A stretch of DNA of 64,000 bases from Eledone cirrhosa (lineage: Eukaryota). Each line of letters begins with the position of its first letter. The stretch's first letter is position 1. Below the pieces are notes generated by a model. That model did no database searches, was not told the DNA's origin, and worked only from the letters and a program-made list of their open reading frames with translations. The translations under genes were made by a program, and so were the position numbers. Positions 16,482 to 32,273 of this stretch are shown here, piece after piece. The stretch spans positions 177,630,001-177,694,000 of the forward strand of contig OZ024743.1 of assembly GCA_964016885.1 (NCBI GenBank), given 5' to 3'.

Positions 16482-17162
16482 TATATATACATATATGCAC
16501 CCTATAACCGTAACACTGGAATACAGCCTAAAGAAAACGGACCTCGTTACAGCATTGAGTGCTTCGAACGGCACGCCACCTGTAACTTGTTACACACCTA
16601 ACATATATTTGCTCTTCACGAAGTCGAGCTCTGACACGGAACTCTATGGTAGAGTTCACCAAGACATCTTCAATGAAAGATATCCCGATTCCTCTATATG
16701 ATAAAATGATCTCGGAACCTTTGTCAACAGTACAGATGTGACTTTGCACATATAAACTCGCATATCTGATGAGATGTCGAAAAAGAGTCGGGCCCCTTCA
16801 CCTTGTACCCCGAGCTGGTCGATATTAAAACAATTGTAATATGCAAATAAATTATGTACACATGCTACAACACTGACTTCAGGGAAACGTTAAAATTCTT
16901 TCTTGAAAATTAAAGATGGATTTCTGGCAATTTTGACAACACATTAAGTTATAGCAATTAAGCCATAACGTATTCACAAAGAATGTTATGTGATGACGAG
17001 GAGAAGGTATTGTGTTTTTATAGCAAAGATAATGTTGTGAAAAGAAAAGAAGGCTAAGAAAAAGAAAAAAAAAGAAAGGAAAACACAAGAAGAAAGTAAG
17101 ACAATGAACGAAAACAAGGTAAAACGAATATATATATATATACAGTATATATAAATACACAT

Positions 17163-17194
<32 letters not shown>

Positions 17195-17554
17195 GTGTGT
17201 ATGTCGGTGTATTTATGTACGTAAAAAGAAGATAACGTAGCGATTATAAAGAATGTAAAGGTTTTCCGCAAAATATATCATATTGTATTTTCAATATATT
17301 TCTTTTAATATATTTTCTTTTTGTTCAAAATACCAGTCAATGTGACAGTCTTTATTTTCACCTATATTTCAGTTGTATTTAATGTTTCTTTTCTTTGTTT
17401 CCTATTTGTCGAGAATTAAATAATAGTTGAGATTTTATTTTTCTTGGCACGATGTTATTGAGTTTAATGTTACAGGAAATTCAAGGATACGACATTCATT
17501 TTATTATGAAAACACCAGCAGTGTAACACAATGGAAAGAGTTTCGACAAGATTT

Positions 17555-17990
17555 CATCATCATCATCATTATCACCACCACCACCACCATCACCATCATC
17601 ATCATGATCCTCCTCCTCTTCATGATGATGAGGATCATCATCATCATCAACATCATCATCGTCGTCGTCGTCGTCATCGTTGTTGAACGTCTATTTTTCC
17701 ATGCTTGCATGGGTTAGACGGCTCATCCACGTTATGAGACAAATATGACCAACTGGTCGCGCCGTACCTTGCTCCAACGGAACTGTATTTTGGTTGGAAT
17801 TTTTTACAGCTGGATTCCCTTCCTTAAATGAACCACGTTTACAGTGTGGAAATGGGTGGTCCTGTCATCAGACAAGTCTGGTTAGATGGCCGCACCGTAT
17901 CCTGCACATATCAGGACTGTGTATTGGTTGGAATTTTACGGTTGCTGGGTGCCCTTCCTAACACCAACCACGTTTACAGTGTGGAACTGG
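17555..17990 (-). mobile_element. SINE-like element with an (ATG)n/(GTG)n tail
   Basis: aacgtc..ttttccatgcttgcatgggtt and ggtgcccttcctaacacc, related to 8330-8480. Confidence 0.55.
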
Positions 17991-18724
17991 GTGGCACTGC
18001 CATGTGGTGGGTCTGGAAAGCTGACTACACCGTACCCAGCTCACATCGGAAACGTGATTTGGGAACGAAGAAAGAAATAGGAAAATTCCAAGATATTTTC
18101 GGAACTTTTCATACGGAAGAGATTAAAGCAGTTGGATATTTAATTTAATATCTAGCAGGTGAAGTGTAAGCAGAAAATCAAAAGTGTAGAATCTGGTGAA
18201 TATTGACTAGGGTTAATGTGCAGTGTGAGTTTAAGGGGTGAGACACAATCATGATGTAGCGAAAAGGAGATACAGAAGTATATGGTGCACGTGGTAGACA
18301 TGATAAACAACTTGCTAGTTAAGCTAATCAAGCGCTTCCGTAGTAATTGTAAAATAATTACAGAGAAAAACCAAGGTTATTGTAGTGATTATCTTTGACA
18401 AGCAGCTGGGTGGAGTTAGTTTAGATGTCAGCATAAAAGGCGATGAGTTTCATGTATATCACATTTGAGTTTTTTAAAGTAATTAGTATCCAGAGAACTG
18501 AATTATTCTCTAGATCTGTCAATGATATTTTCTGTTTTAGATACAATTTTGGCAATCTTATATATATATATATATATATATATTTAAAGGTTAAACAAGG
18601 TTCAATGAATAAATCAAAGAATAAGTTTTACAATAGATTAGAAGCACTCCACAGTATTGGTTTTCCGGAGTTATTAATATTAATTCAAAATATTAACAAA
18701 AATAGACATTCGTGTAATCAAGTA

Positions 18725-18791
18725 TATTTTATTATACATATTTCAGAGGTACTGAGCTATCTTCAACAGTACATCCTCATCAGATAAAATA
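18725..18791 (-). ncRNA. Type I hammerhead, well preserved
   Basis: tattttat-CTGATGA-GGATGTACTG..CAGTACCTCT-GAAA-T ATGT A-TA^ataaaata, with a perfect 8-bp stem I. Confidence 0.8.
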
Positions 18792-19589
18792 AGATGATGC
18801 ATGACATACCCTGACTAAGTAGATGGTTAAAATTCAGTGATGGTAGTGAATAAGATGACAAAACTCAATATTTATATACCTTAAGATTGAGACATGAAAA
18901 GATTACATATAATACAGAAGGTGCGTGTGAGAAAGCTCATAAAGATACATAATAATAAACAACTACTAATATAATAGAAACTTACATAACTGTTAGAGAT
19001 TCAAATAATTTAAAATATTGAAGAAAGAAGAAATGAAAGACAGAGAGAGAAACAGATGAAGAAAAAGATAGTTACTAGAAGTATAGAAATATCTTATGCA
19101 CGAAAGCAAAAGAAAATTGATTAAGGATAGAGAGACAAGGAAGAATAATTTTTATAGTATAAAGCATAGTGAGGGAGATTTGTATAGTCGTGGATAAATA
19201 GCGTATAATTAGATGATGCAAAAATATATATATAAATAAATATACATCTGGGCATAGCTTTGTGAATGAATAATTTCGAATCGTTAAATTATCTATAAAT
19301 CATTAATCAATCAAAATATCAAATATATCTGGGTGTAGTTATATGAGGGTTTATTTTCGAGTCCTTAAGTTAATTAGAAATAGACTATTAATCAATTATA
19401 TATATCCAAACGTATCCGGATGACCGTTAAATTTCGAATCATTTATGTTAGTTCAAAATAGTGAATTAATCTAAAGGTATAATATTTCAGGCTATAAAAT
19501 TTATAAGTATTTATATTATAGTATAATATCATATTTAAAGTATTTGTAAACATGTGAAAGAAGAGACTTAATATTTTCTTCACAGATAT

Positions 19590-21650
<2,061 letters not shown>

Positions 21651-22493
21651 TTGGTGGCTGCAATGATATATAGGGATTGATACCAGCATTTGTGCAATGT
21701 TAAGGGGTTTATTTGTGTTTTATTCTTGTGTATGAAGGTTATACTAAAAGACTATATTCTTGTTCCATGTAGATATTATACACAGGAGTTATCAAAGATG
21801 ACTATTTCTCATCATATCCCATTGAAGGGCGTTTTAAGTTACACATTCATAATATTTTAGGGTAGAGTAAATGTCATTTTGTGGCGTTGATGAATCTCTA
21901 AAGGGAAATATTGATAAATGGAAAAAATAGATTTGGAGGCGGTTGCTTCTGAAAGGACCCGCTGAAAAGAGTGTCTGATGATTATGGTGGTTTGTCATGG
22001 GTTACACGTGGCTATACATTTGTGGAGACAATGAGTGATATTAAATTAGATGAAAGATGCCAATGGACATGTCCTGGGTCATTCCTAGCTAGAATGTTAT
22101 CACTTCAGTAACGATGATATTACCCTTACTTATGGATATGAAACTAAAGATTGCATCATTAACGTTTAACTTTCAGACATCTAAATCACCTTGTTGTCTT
22201 TTAATCAGTCGCACAATGTGATATGTCAAGTGTTTATATCATTGTCTTGTTATTTTCCCAATAATTTTAATTATCAATATAGCTGCTTAATTTAGAATGA
22301 TTTTAAAGGAGGTAATTTTTCTTCCATTTGTTTTATATTCTACGTAGTATAAAATTCGTTTCTAGATATTAAGTATTGTGTATGCTTGTTGAAGACGTCT
22401 AGTTTATCACGACGACATTTGAGATTGTTTTCAATGGTCTTTCTGCATAGAATTTGTGCACGTCTCACATGATCTGTTTACTTAGAAACTACC

Positions 22494-22675
22494 GCATCTC
22501 GAGACGCATGAGACAGCCAAAGTGCTCCATTGACCACGGTCAGTTGCATCTAATGCATCTTTGAAACACATGCGACAGCCAAAGTGTTCCAATGACCACG
22601 GTCAGTTACATCTAACGCATCTTGAGATGCATGTGACAGCCAAAGTGTTCCAATGACCACGGGCAGTTGCATCTA
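22494..22675. repeat. Minisatellite, 3 x 61-62 bp
   Basis: Units start at 22494, 22555 and 22617 (gacagccaaagtg..tgaccacggtcagtt). Confidence 0.9.
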
Positions 22676-23229
22676 TCAATATATCGTTCCAAGGTTTGTT
22701 GGGTAGTTTCAGGTGTCTGTCGATTGTCGGTCTTCAGATTATCTTAGAACGTGCTCTTCACCTCTTTCCATGGGGACTCCAATACGCACGTTTATTATTT
22801 AAGCTATATAATTGACCCCTCTCCCCCGCTTATTAAATTTCATATTTTTTCAAACCTCTTCGTTCTTATTCCAGCCATACGCTTATTAAACTTTGTTAAT
22901 CTATCTCCGTCGAAATATTATTTTAAGTGGTAGCATTCCTGCGACAATTAATTTTATTTATACACAAAAAACAAAACAAAAACATTATACATGACGGAAA
23001 AAGACAACATTACAAGGAATCTCATACGTTGTAAAATAAATAGGATGGGTTAGGGTCTCAATATGTAAACTAAACAAATTACCGATTCACCCCCACTTAT
23101 CACCACTCCCTATTTTCGGGACCGGCGTTTGTGTTAATAATAGTTGTATTTGGAAAGTGAAGTAGTATGTATGAGGTTTAATGTAAAAAGTAAATTTATT
23201 GTTCATTTAATTTAAGGAATAGGTCTGTG

Positions 23230-23443
23230 AGTTGACAGTATCGGTAGAGCGTCGGACAACAGGCTTTCCGACATATAGTTAAGGCCCATTACGTTCTGAG
23301 TTCAAATCCATCCGAGGTTAGCTTTGCCTTTCATCCATATGAGATTGATAAAATAAAGTAGCAGTAATTCACGGGATTTGATTTAATCAACTTTCCCCTC
23401 CCCTTCAAATTGGTGGCCTTGAGCCTAAAGTGGAAACAATTAT
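23230..23443 (+). mobile_element. tRNA-derived SINE
   Basis: Same family as 11518-11702. Confidence 0.75.
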
Positions 23444-24635
23444 TGATTTAAAGAAGAGCCAGAGATTATAATAATCGAAACTTGTATACTCCATAGTGTA
23501 TAAAACATGGAGATAACACCCCTTCCATATCACAGCATTGGTATGAAAATATCATCCGAATCCGAACTATGAAAGACACGTGGATTCCATATGTGGACAA
23601 CATAAAATTTGCTGAAGTCAAGGGTACAGGAATTGTCTTCATCGAATTCATCAGGCCGATTACTCTAAAGGCAGATTTGGGTTCTTTCCTGGCAGATCAA
23701 ATGATTGCTACAATCCAAAATATTACTGCAGCCAGTTTTCGTTTGTCACTACCACATTACTCTACAAATGTAGAGCATAAATTTGTTTGTTGTTGGAAGA
23801 AGCTTCTAGATGTCCACATCGCCACTTGATGACCATTGTAAAATGTAGCATGAGAAAGTTATATATTACAGCCAGTCAGATGAAATATTGTTTTCGTCTG
23901 TTGATGAAGAGTGTAATATCGACTACATATAGCAGACTATCATCATATCCATCATCATTAGGAGAGACAGCAGGCACAATTCCACGCCAACAGTCTGTTT
24001 CACATCAATATTTGTAGATCATTCTTGTTAATTCCAATGTCTCTTGTATTGATCATTCTTGTTAATTCCAATGTCTCTTGCTATGATACCCTTGTATCTA
24101 CACTTTCTGTCTTCTAATTCATTGCCCTTAGGTGAGTCAGCACAACTTTACGCCAACAGTTACTGTCTCCCATTAATGTTGGTAGGTTTTCCTTGTATCC
24201 TGTTATCTGTGTTTTCTGGTAGATTATCGCGCCATTAGTGATCATGGCTTCTTCAGATTCCAGATCTACCAAGTTAATGAGGTGTATATATTTTCTGTTT
24301 GTTAAAGAATTCACTGGGTTTTCAATTATATTCATAACGAAAGCATTTACTTTTGTGCAACAGGTATGAATAGTTCACCACCGTAAATTGATAAATTGTT
24401 CAATGTCTTATCATGCACCTTGTATCAGAGTAAAATTTGTTCACTGAGAAAATAAAAATAAATCTGTGTGCCATGCAGTTCAATTCCTCATTGCGATATT
24501 TCCCCTGTCTCTTAAAGGTCTTCACACTATTTAAATACGCTATTTTATAGCATCTCTGCGGACGAACACATCATTCTTTATATTATAAAAACATTTTAAT
24601 TAGAATGCAATAACCATACAAGCTTAGTTACTTAC

Positions 24636-24725
24636 TTGGTTCGAACAAATGTCCTGTGGATACCGGATGAATGAAAGAAAAACCTTCTTGTCCGTTATTT
24701 CCTAATAGATTGCCACCATCACCTC
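24636..24725 (-). CDS. Internal exon, probably of an ALK/LTK-like receptor tyrosine kinase (end of the glycine-rich domain)
   Basis: Pyrimidine tract + CAG acceptor, GTAAGT donor, 90 nt, phase 1-1. Peptide (G)GDGGNLLGNNGQEGFSFIHPVSTGHLFEP resembles vertebrate ALK GGNAASNN..DGEDGVSFISP (recalled, not searched). Confidence 0.55.
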
Positions 24726-24821
24726 CTGCCAACAGGAAACAATTATAAATGTATATTATTTTGAAATAATAAATAAATGGTGACGACTGATATATTTCAG
24801 ACAATATATTATAATTTTAAT

Positions 24822-25127
24822 ATTGCTTTCCGTTTTGGGCACAAGGCCAGCAATGTTGGGGGAGGGAGGAGAACGTCTATTAAATCGTCACCAGTACGTT
24901 ACTGGTACTTTATTTTATAGTGTTAATAATAGTATCTGATTTGGGCACAAGGCCAGCAATTTTGGAAGAGGTGAGAGGAAAGCCGATTAGATCGATTTTA
25001 TCGACTCCAGAAGGATGAAGGTAAATTTAACCTCAACGGAATTTAAAATCGGAATATTAATGGACGTAACTATATGCCACAACGCATGTCGTCCGACACT
25101 CTACTGACATTGCTGCCAATCAGGCGC
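24822..25127 (-). mobile_element. tRNA-derived SINE, two partial copies
   Basis: ggcacaaggccagcaat occurs twice; actggtactttattttat. Reverse complement of the 11518 family. Confidence 0.7.
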
Positions 25128-25550
25128 CCTAAAATGTCAAGAAATAATTTATTCCACAAAATGACGCATGAAGCTAGAACCAATCATTTCAAGAAATGGA
25201 AACCAGTCTCGCCCCTGGCAGATGTACAGTTGCCACGAAAGAGGTAACCTACACTCTTCCTCCATAACTGAAAGGAGAATGCATTGACTGGAGTAAGTTC
25301 AAATAGATAGTTATGGTAGACAATGTTCTTTATAGCCCCAAATATGCTTGCGCACTTCGAACGTACGCAAGCAAATGACTAGGTAACGAGGCTAGGACGA
25401 TAAAGATAAAGGTGAAACAATTAAACAAATGATAAATCAGGTGCTCATTGTACATAAACAACAAGGTTGTTTCAATAGATATATATGTGTGTGTGAAAGA
25501 CAGTATATATATATATATGTGTGAGAGACAGTATATGTATATATATATAT

Positions 25551-25928
25551 TGGCGCGAAAGCTGATGTGCTTATTCAGGTGACTGCATCAACCAACCAAA
25601 CGTCACTAATATATGAAAAAACAAACAGAGACCCCCCCCCCCTGTTTGAAGAACTTTGTAACGTGAACTGGCGCGAAATTTGTTATACTTATTGAACAAC
25701 CAATCAAATTACTTCTCTAAAAACCTGGCGTTTCGAGCCACTTTTCTCCATATAAAACAAGTAACATTCAAAGACCAACCAGATGTGAGGAAAACCACAG
25801 ACCGTCCATCTCAACTCTACTTTTGAAAAGCAGAAGAACTGCGAAACCGGTAAAGGAACCAAATAAATATATATATATTTTTTTTAAATAAGACCCCAGT
25901 TGCATTTTCGATTTCATCTTTTTTCTTT
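25551..25928 (+). mobile_element. Family A copy with intact U3-A8 HHR at 25820-25855
   Basis: Matches 1460-1800. Confidence 0.8.
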
Positions 25929-25965
25929 ATATATATTTATATATATATATATAAAAAATTTATAT

Positions 25966-26199
<234 letters not shown>

Positions 26200-26222
26200 C
26201 AATATCTATATATTAGGGCATT

Positions 26223-26272
<50 letters not shown>

Positions 26273-26281
26273 ACTATTCAG

Positions 26282-28215
26282 TGCTGATACAAATGATTAT
26301 TTTGACATTAAATTCCGCAAATATCCACCTAGAATTAAAGACATGGCTAACTTCGAATTAGACCTTGTTAATTTAATTAGTAAAATCAAATTTCGTAAGT
26401 ACAACAATAATTTTCAAACTAAACTTTCTAACGATATTTCTACTTTTAAACATTCTACAAACATTTTTGTTCTTTCCGATAAAACTAAATATCTCTTTGA
26501 AGTAAATAGTATTTTTTTAAACTTATTTTTAACAGATAGTATCACCACCAAATATCAATTAGCTAACAATAACTCCTACAATACCATTAATAAAGAAGCT
26601 AAAGACTTAGCTAGTATTTTTAAAATAGACAACCGGATTGAAAGCCTAGCTAAACGGAAAGAACATACACTTAACATTACCCTTAAAGACCATACATCAG
26701 ACTTCACAAATCGAGCTAGCTGTTAATCCTGCTAAATCTGAAGTTGGCCTTGCAAGTAAAATAGTCTTAAGAAAAATAATACTCCAAATTAGAACTAAGA
26801 CTGACTTATCACAATGGTTAAATACATCCTCTGTTATTGCCTGCTTTAATAATATACAAGGTAAAAATAAGTGCAGATTTACCCAATTAGATATTGTTGA
26901 TTTTTACCCCTCTATATCTGTTTTCTTATTAACAAAAGCCTTAGATTTTGCAAGACCTTTCATTAATATTTCTAAATTAGAAGAAGACGTTATCTTTCAT
27001 GCTAGGAAAACTCTACTGTTTGCTAATGAAAGTATTTGGGTTAAAAAGTCAAGCCCTGACACTCTTTTGATGTTGCGATGGATTTATATGACTGTGCTGA
27101 TGTGTGCAACTTAGTAGGATTATTCCTTCTCCTCTACTTAAAGAGAAATTTCCTTCCCATAATATCGGTTTATACCGAGACGACGGATTGGCAGTTTCTC
27201 ATACCACCAACGGCCATAACCTTGATAAATTCCGTCAAGATTTAATCAATAGCATTGCTAACCTAAACCTTAAAATTACTATAGATACGAACCTTACTAA
27301 TGCTAACTTTCTTGATATTAATCTTGATCTACTTACTGCCTCTTTTAAACCTTATCATAAACCTAAGGAGAATCTAAGATATATACACAAAGAGTCTTGC
27401 CATCCCCCTATAGTTTAAAAAAAATCTTATTCCTAACATTAGCCGTAGGATTTCTACCTTATCTTCGTCTCTAGACATTTTTAACAAAGCCGCCACTTAT
27501 TATAATAAGGCCCTCAATAACAGCGGCTTTACTGAACATATTAAATATTTACCTACTCCCCCCTCTAAAACTAAACACGATAACAGGAAAAGAAAAATTA
27601 TTTGGTTCACACCCCCCTTCTATCTAACTGTCAAAACTAATGTAGGAAGGAAATTCCTCGACCTCCTAGACAAACATTTTCCCCATAATCATAGATATTA
27701 TAAGATATTTAATAGAAATGTTGTCAAAATCAGTTACCCTTGCTGTCCATCAATGAAGACTAAAATTACCAACTCTAATCGTACGAGAGTAAATCCAGGA
27801 TGCATTGCAGGAAGCCGGAAGAATGCCCATTATAGAGCAAATGTAATACTAAATCCATTGTGTATGAGGCCAAATTGACACCGTAGATTAACAACCAGCC
27901 AGCCAGGAGTGAACGATATCTTGACATGACTCAGGGTAGGTTCAAAACCTGGTATTATGTACATGTCGCTTCTTTTAAACACCATGAACATAAAAACAGC
28001 AACGGCTCTCGCAAATAAAGTGTGGGAATTCAAAGACAAAAACATTCCGTACACTATCGATTGGTCTATTTTAGACCATTCAAGAGAATACCAAAGGGGC
28101 ACAAAGAATTGTTCTTTGTGCACCACGGAAAAAATTAGAATTCTCCAAAATTTGAAAGCCACTTCCACTTGCCTTAAGTCCAAGACCGAGATCTTCAGAT
28201 GTTGTCCTCACCTGG
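26282..28215 (+). mobile_element. Degenerate PLE (Naiad-like) RT + GIY-YIG
   Basis: DKT, TLKDH, NPAKSEVG, DIVDFYPSI, GLYRDDGL, FLDINLDL, CSLCTTEK. Multiple frameshifts. Paralogous to 32526-34618. Confidence 0.9.
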
Positions 28216-28217
28216 AC

Positions 28218-28870
28218 AGTAGTATGTATATATATATATACATACATACATGCACACATATATATATATATATGTACGTATGGATTCACCGAACATTTAT
28301 TATAATTCTCGGTGTGTTTGTAAACAAAGATCCTGTATTAAGCCGTAGTGTCTAGCAACCATCGTTGCTCGTTTGTTCAACACTGACAGACTGTACGTCT
28401 GTATACATATATGTATGTACGTGTACATACTTATATTTAAGTAACAGCCGTACTAAGAGTGGGAAATGAAATTTCGTTTCATTTTTTCCGTTTATCGTTT
28501 TCGGTGCACCCGGCCGATTAACCTACTCGATATGCAAATTGGGCTGCTCAGCCGTTAATATGCATAAGGAGGGTACATACTTTCACACGTTCAATCATCT
28601 GGCAGGAAGGTATACGTTGCTGACGATAGCTAATAAGCTTGAAACTAGTACAGCGTTCCTTTGTCAGTGTTGAACAAACGAGCAACGATGGTTGCTAGAC
28701 ACTACGGCTTAATGCGGGATGTTTGTTTACAAACACACCGAACATTATAATAAATGTTCGGTGAATTCATATGTACATATATATATATGTGTGCATGTAT
28801 GTATATATATATACATACTACTGTACATCTGTATACATATATGTATGTACGTATACAGACTTATATATAT
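28218..28870. mobile_element. Element with about 200-bp inverted arms around a spacer holding an HHR
   Basis: 28218-28390 is inverted to 28662-28825. Confidence 0.7.
28614..28656 (+). ncRNA. Minimal type I hammerhead
   Basis: acgttg-CTGACGA-t AGCT aata AGCT t-GAAA-CTAG-TA^cagcgt, with palindromic ACTAGT. Confidence 0.75.
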
Positions 28871-28968
28871 ATATGTGAAGTAATTCCGTCGGAAAAGTAC
28901 AGTAAAAAGCGTGCTCTATGTAGGTAACAGAGCTTAATAGTTATGTAATAAACAACATAAGGCAATTA

Positions 28969-29029
28969 TTCCATTTACCAGTGGTTTCTTAAAAGCAACT
29001 AATTTTGCTTCCAATCATCAGAATGAGAA
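28969..29029 (-). ncRNA. Type I hammerhead in an inverted pLTR
   Basis: ctcatt-CTGATGA-TTGGAAGC..GCTTTTAA-GAAA-CC ACT GG-TA^aatgg. Half copy at 32285-32312 and decayed copy at 34868-34930. Confidence 0.8.
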
Positions 29030-29153
29030 AATCCTGGTCTATTTATTGAATTGGATTTTAAAAAACAAAAATGCAATCTATATGAAGGTGAGGCTGGAGA
29101 TGGGAAGAAGGAAAGGAAAACTAAAATAAAAACACACATGCAAACACACACAC

Positions 29154-29308
<155 letters not shown>

Positions 29309-29767
29309 CACACATACATACACACACACATATATACACATATATATGTGTATATATATACATAGACATACACATACACATACATATATACAACCACACA
29401 CATATATACGCATATATATATAGAAATAGAAATATATATATATGCATACACATTCACATACATAGCCATACACACATACATATACATACATACATACATA
29501 CATACACACAATTATACGTATATACACACGTACATACAAACACATACGTACACACATATATACATGCATACATATGCATGCACAATATTAGAAAAAAATT
29601 ACACACACCTCTACATATTCACACACGCAAATAAATATAAGAACAAAAATACATAAAAAATAATAAAGACAAAAGTTGACAGCGATACAGGCAACAAATA
29701 AATGAAAAAAACACACGTGGTAAGCAATACACACAAATGCACGTACACATACATACGTAAAAAATAA

Positions 29768-29812
<45 letters not shown>

Positions 29813-29967
29813 TATATAGATATATATACACATATACATATATATATATATACACAGATATATATATATATACACATATATACATATATATATATACACA
29901 CACATATATATATATATAAACACACACATATATATATATATATACACACACATATATATATATATAA

Positions 29968-30026
<59 letters not shown>

Positions 30027-30172
30027 TACATAGCCATACACCTATACACATACAAATACGTACATATCACAAACACGCACAACCAAATACAAACACACAC
30101 ATATATATATATATGTGTGTGTGTAAAACTCATTCTTAGAGAATTCATATGAACCTTATTTAACTCTAAAAT

Positions 30173-30225
<53 letters not shown>

Positions 30226-30741
30226 CATAAACATACATACTTACTAACATACACATATATACCTACACACACATATATACATACACATACGTATGCATAC
30301 GTACACACACACACACACACACATGCACACACACACACACACATGTACATATACATATATAACTCATATATATATATATATATATGAGAAAGAACAAAAA
30401 TAATATAAAATAAATATTTTATATATAAAAATTTGACAAGTAATAAATAAAAATATATATATAAAACTTGAAAGCCACTTCTGCTTGCCTGAACTCGAAG
30501 TCCGAGATCTTCAGATGTTGTCCTCATCTGAAATCACATCTGATATTTAACTGGATTGACATTCCTATGATAAATCAACCGCCTTGAACTCCTTCTCTGC
30601 TCTTTACTTCTACTACGGTTTTTTTACCTGCTGAATCCAGGTTCTGTACTCTTGTATTCTCTTTCTACCTTATCTCCTCTTTATATAATAGCCTCAGAAA
30701 AGGCTTCAGCTCTGCCGTAGGGTCAGGCTTCTTCCTATGTT

Positions 30742-30775
<34 letters not shown>

Positions 30776-31004
30776 ATTCACTTTTATTAGTTTATTTCAT
30801 TAATAGCTAACTTTGTCTGTTGCAATGTAAACACATTTCGTGTTTATCATATACTTTAAATGTATTGACTGCTCGGAAGAGCCCCTTCCTGGAGCTTAAT
30901 TATTGTAAACGACTGAGAGTTTATTCTCAAAATATAATATAATATATATATATATGTATATATACGTTTTTGTATGTGTGTTTGTATTTCTGTGGTTGGG
31001 GTTT

Positions 31005-31035
<31 letters not shown>

Positions 31036-31216
31036 ATATAATTTTATGTGTGTGGGTGTGTGTGTGTGTGTGTGTATGTATAATTGTATTAGGGTGTATG
31101 TATGTGCATCATTATATATAGTGATTTGATGAATATTTTCATTGATCTTTTGCTCCATGACCTTGTTGAGTGCTCTAGGTCTGCTATGGGTATTTATACC
31201 CTTTTCTAAATATATA

Positions 31217-32108
31217 CAGGGTGTTCGGGATAAATTTGACAGTTTCATCAGGAAAAAGAAAAAGTGCTTGGTATCTACAAAATTTATTTGATTTAAAAGA
31301 AATTCAATGGACAAGGAAATTACACTATTGTCAAAGAGTTTTACTCAAAATAACCGCCATTAGCGTCTATTACTGCCTCAATCCGGGCCCGGAACCTGGA
31401 GCAAGCTGATTTTACACTTTCCCTGGGAAGACCCTCAAAAACTACTTTAATTCTGTCGATTAACTGGGCTTTTGTAGTACTGGCACGGCGATTGGTGTCT
31501 TTCTCTACAGCGCCCCATACATAATAGTCCATCGGGTTAAGATCAGGGGAGTTCGGAGGCCAAACATTGGGACTGGTGTAGTCGTAAAAATTGGCTGACA
31601 ACCATTTTTGACCTCTGCGACGCTTGTATGAGTAGTAGCGAAGGTCTTCATTGAGTGCAATTTTCATAGTAGAGGCTGAAACATTCAATTCACGCAACAA
31701 AGACCGAATTCCGATGCCAGTGTCCTACAACACTTTTTTCTGCAGATTTTCGATGAATTCTGCTGTGCGAGAGCAATCAGATCTTCTGTTATGTTTCTTT
31801 CTTCTAGCCACAGCCTCGTAGTCTCCATTGCAATTCTCCAGTTCATGCCAGATTGTTTTTACAGTGTTCAGGGAGCATTGAGCAGCGACCATAATCTCCT
31901 TATTTTGATGGCCGGCGCGAATCATCATGATACAAGTTATTCTCTTCCATGATTCAGGTGGCTCCCAGTCATCCATTCTCGTTGTCATCACTTATGTGAA
32001 TGAAGGAGGGTTTAAACTTTCAAATAAAGCCTAGTGGGCATGAATGAATTTAAAACATCTGAAAAAACAACCAACTATTATTCTGTCAAATTTATCCCGA
32101 ACACCCTG
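31217..32108 (-). mobile_element. Non-autonomous Tc1/mariner (maT-like), internally deleted
   Basis: Perfect 26-bp TIRs cagggtgttcgggataaatttgacag and TA flanks. Transposase has an HTH-like N-terminus and WPPNSPDLNPMDY, an in-frame stop at 31725, and lacks the first catalytic aspartates. Confidence 0.92.
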
Positions 32109-32186
32109 TATATATATATATATTTTTATTTATTACTTGTCAAATTTTTATATATAAAATATTTATTTTATATTATTTTTGTTTTT

Positions 32187-32273
<87 letters not shown>

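Noticed and set aside
16760-16795. CTGATGAgatgtcGAAA as a hammerhead
   Set aside because: No stem I or stem III pairing.
16495-16900. Short ORFs as further host exons
   Set aside because: No recognisable domain or clear splice-site pair.
22020-22100. Next ALK-like exon (NDPGHV..)
   Set aside because: Lacks the expected EGF-like cysteines and a donor site before the stop.
22494-22675. CRISPR-like array
   Set aside because: Whole units repeat with no unique spacers, and the context is eukaryotic.
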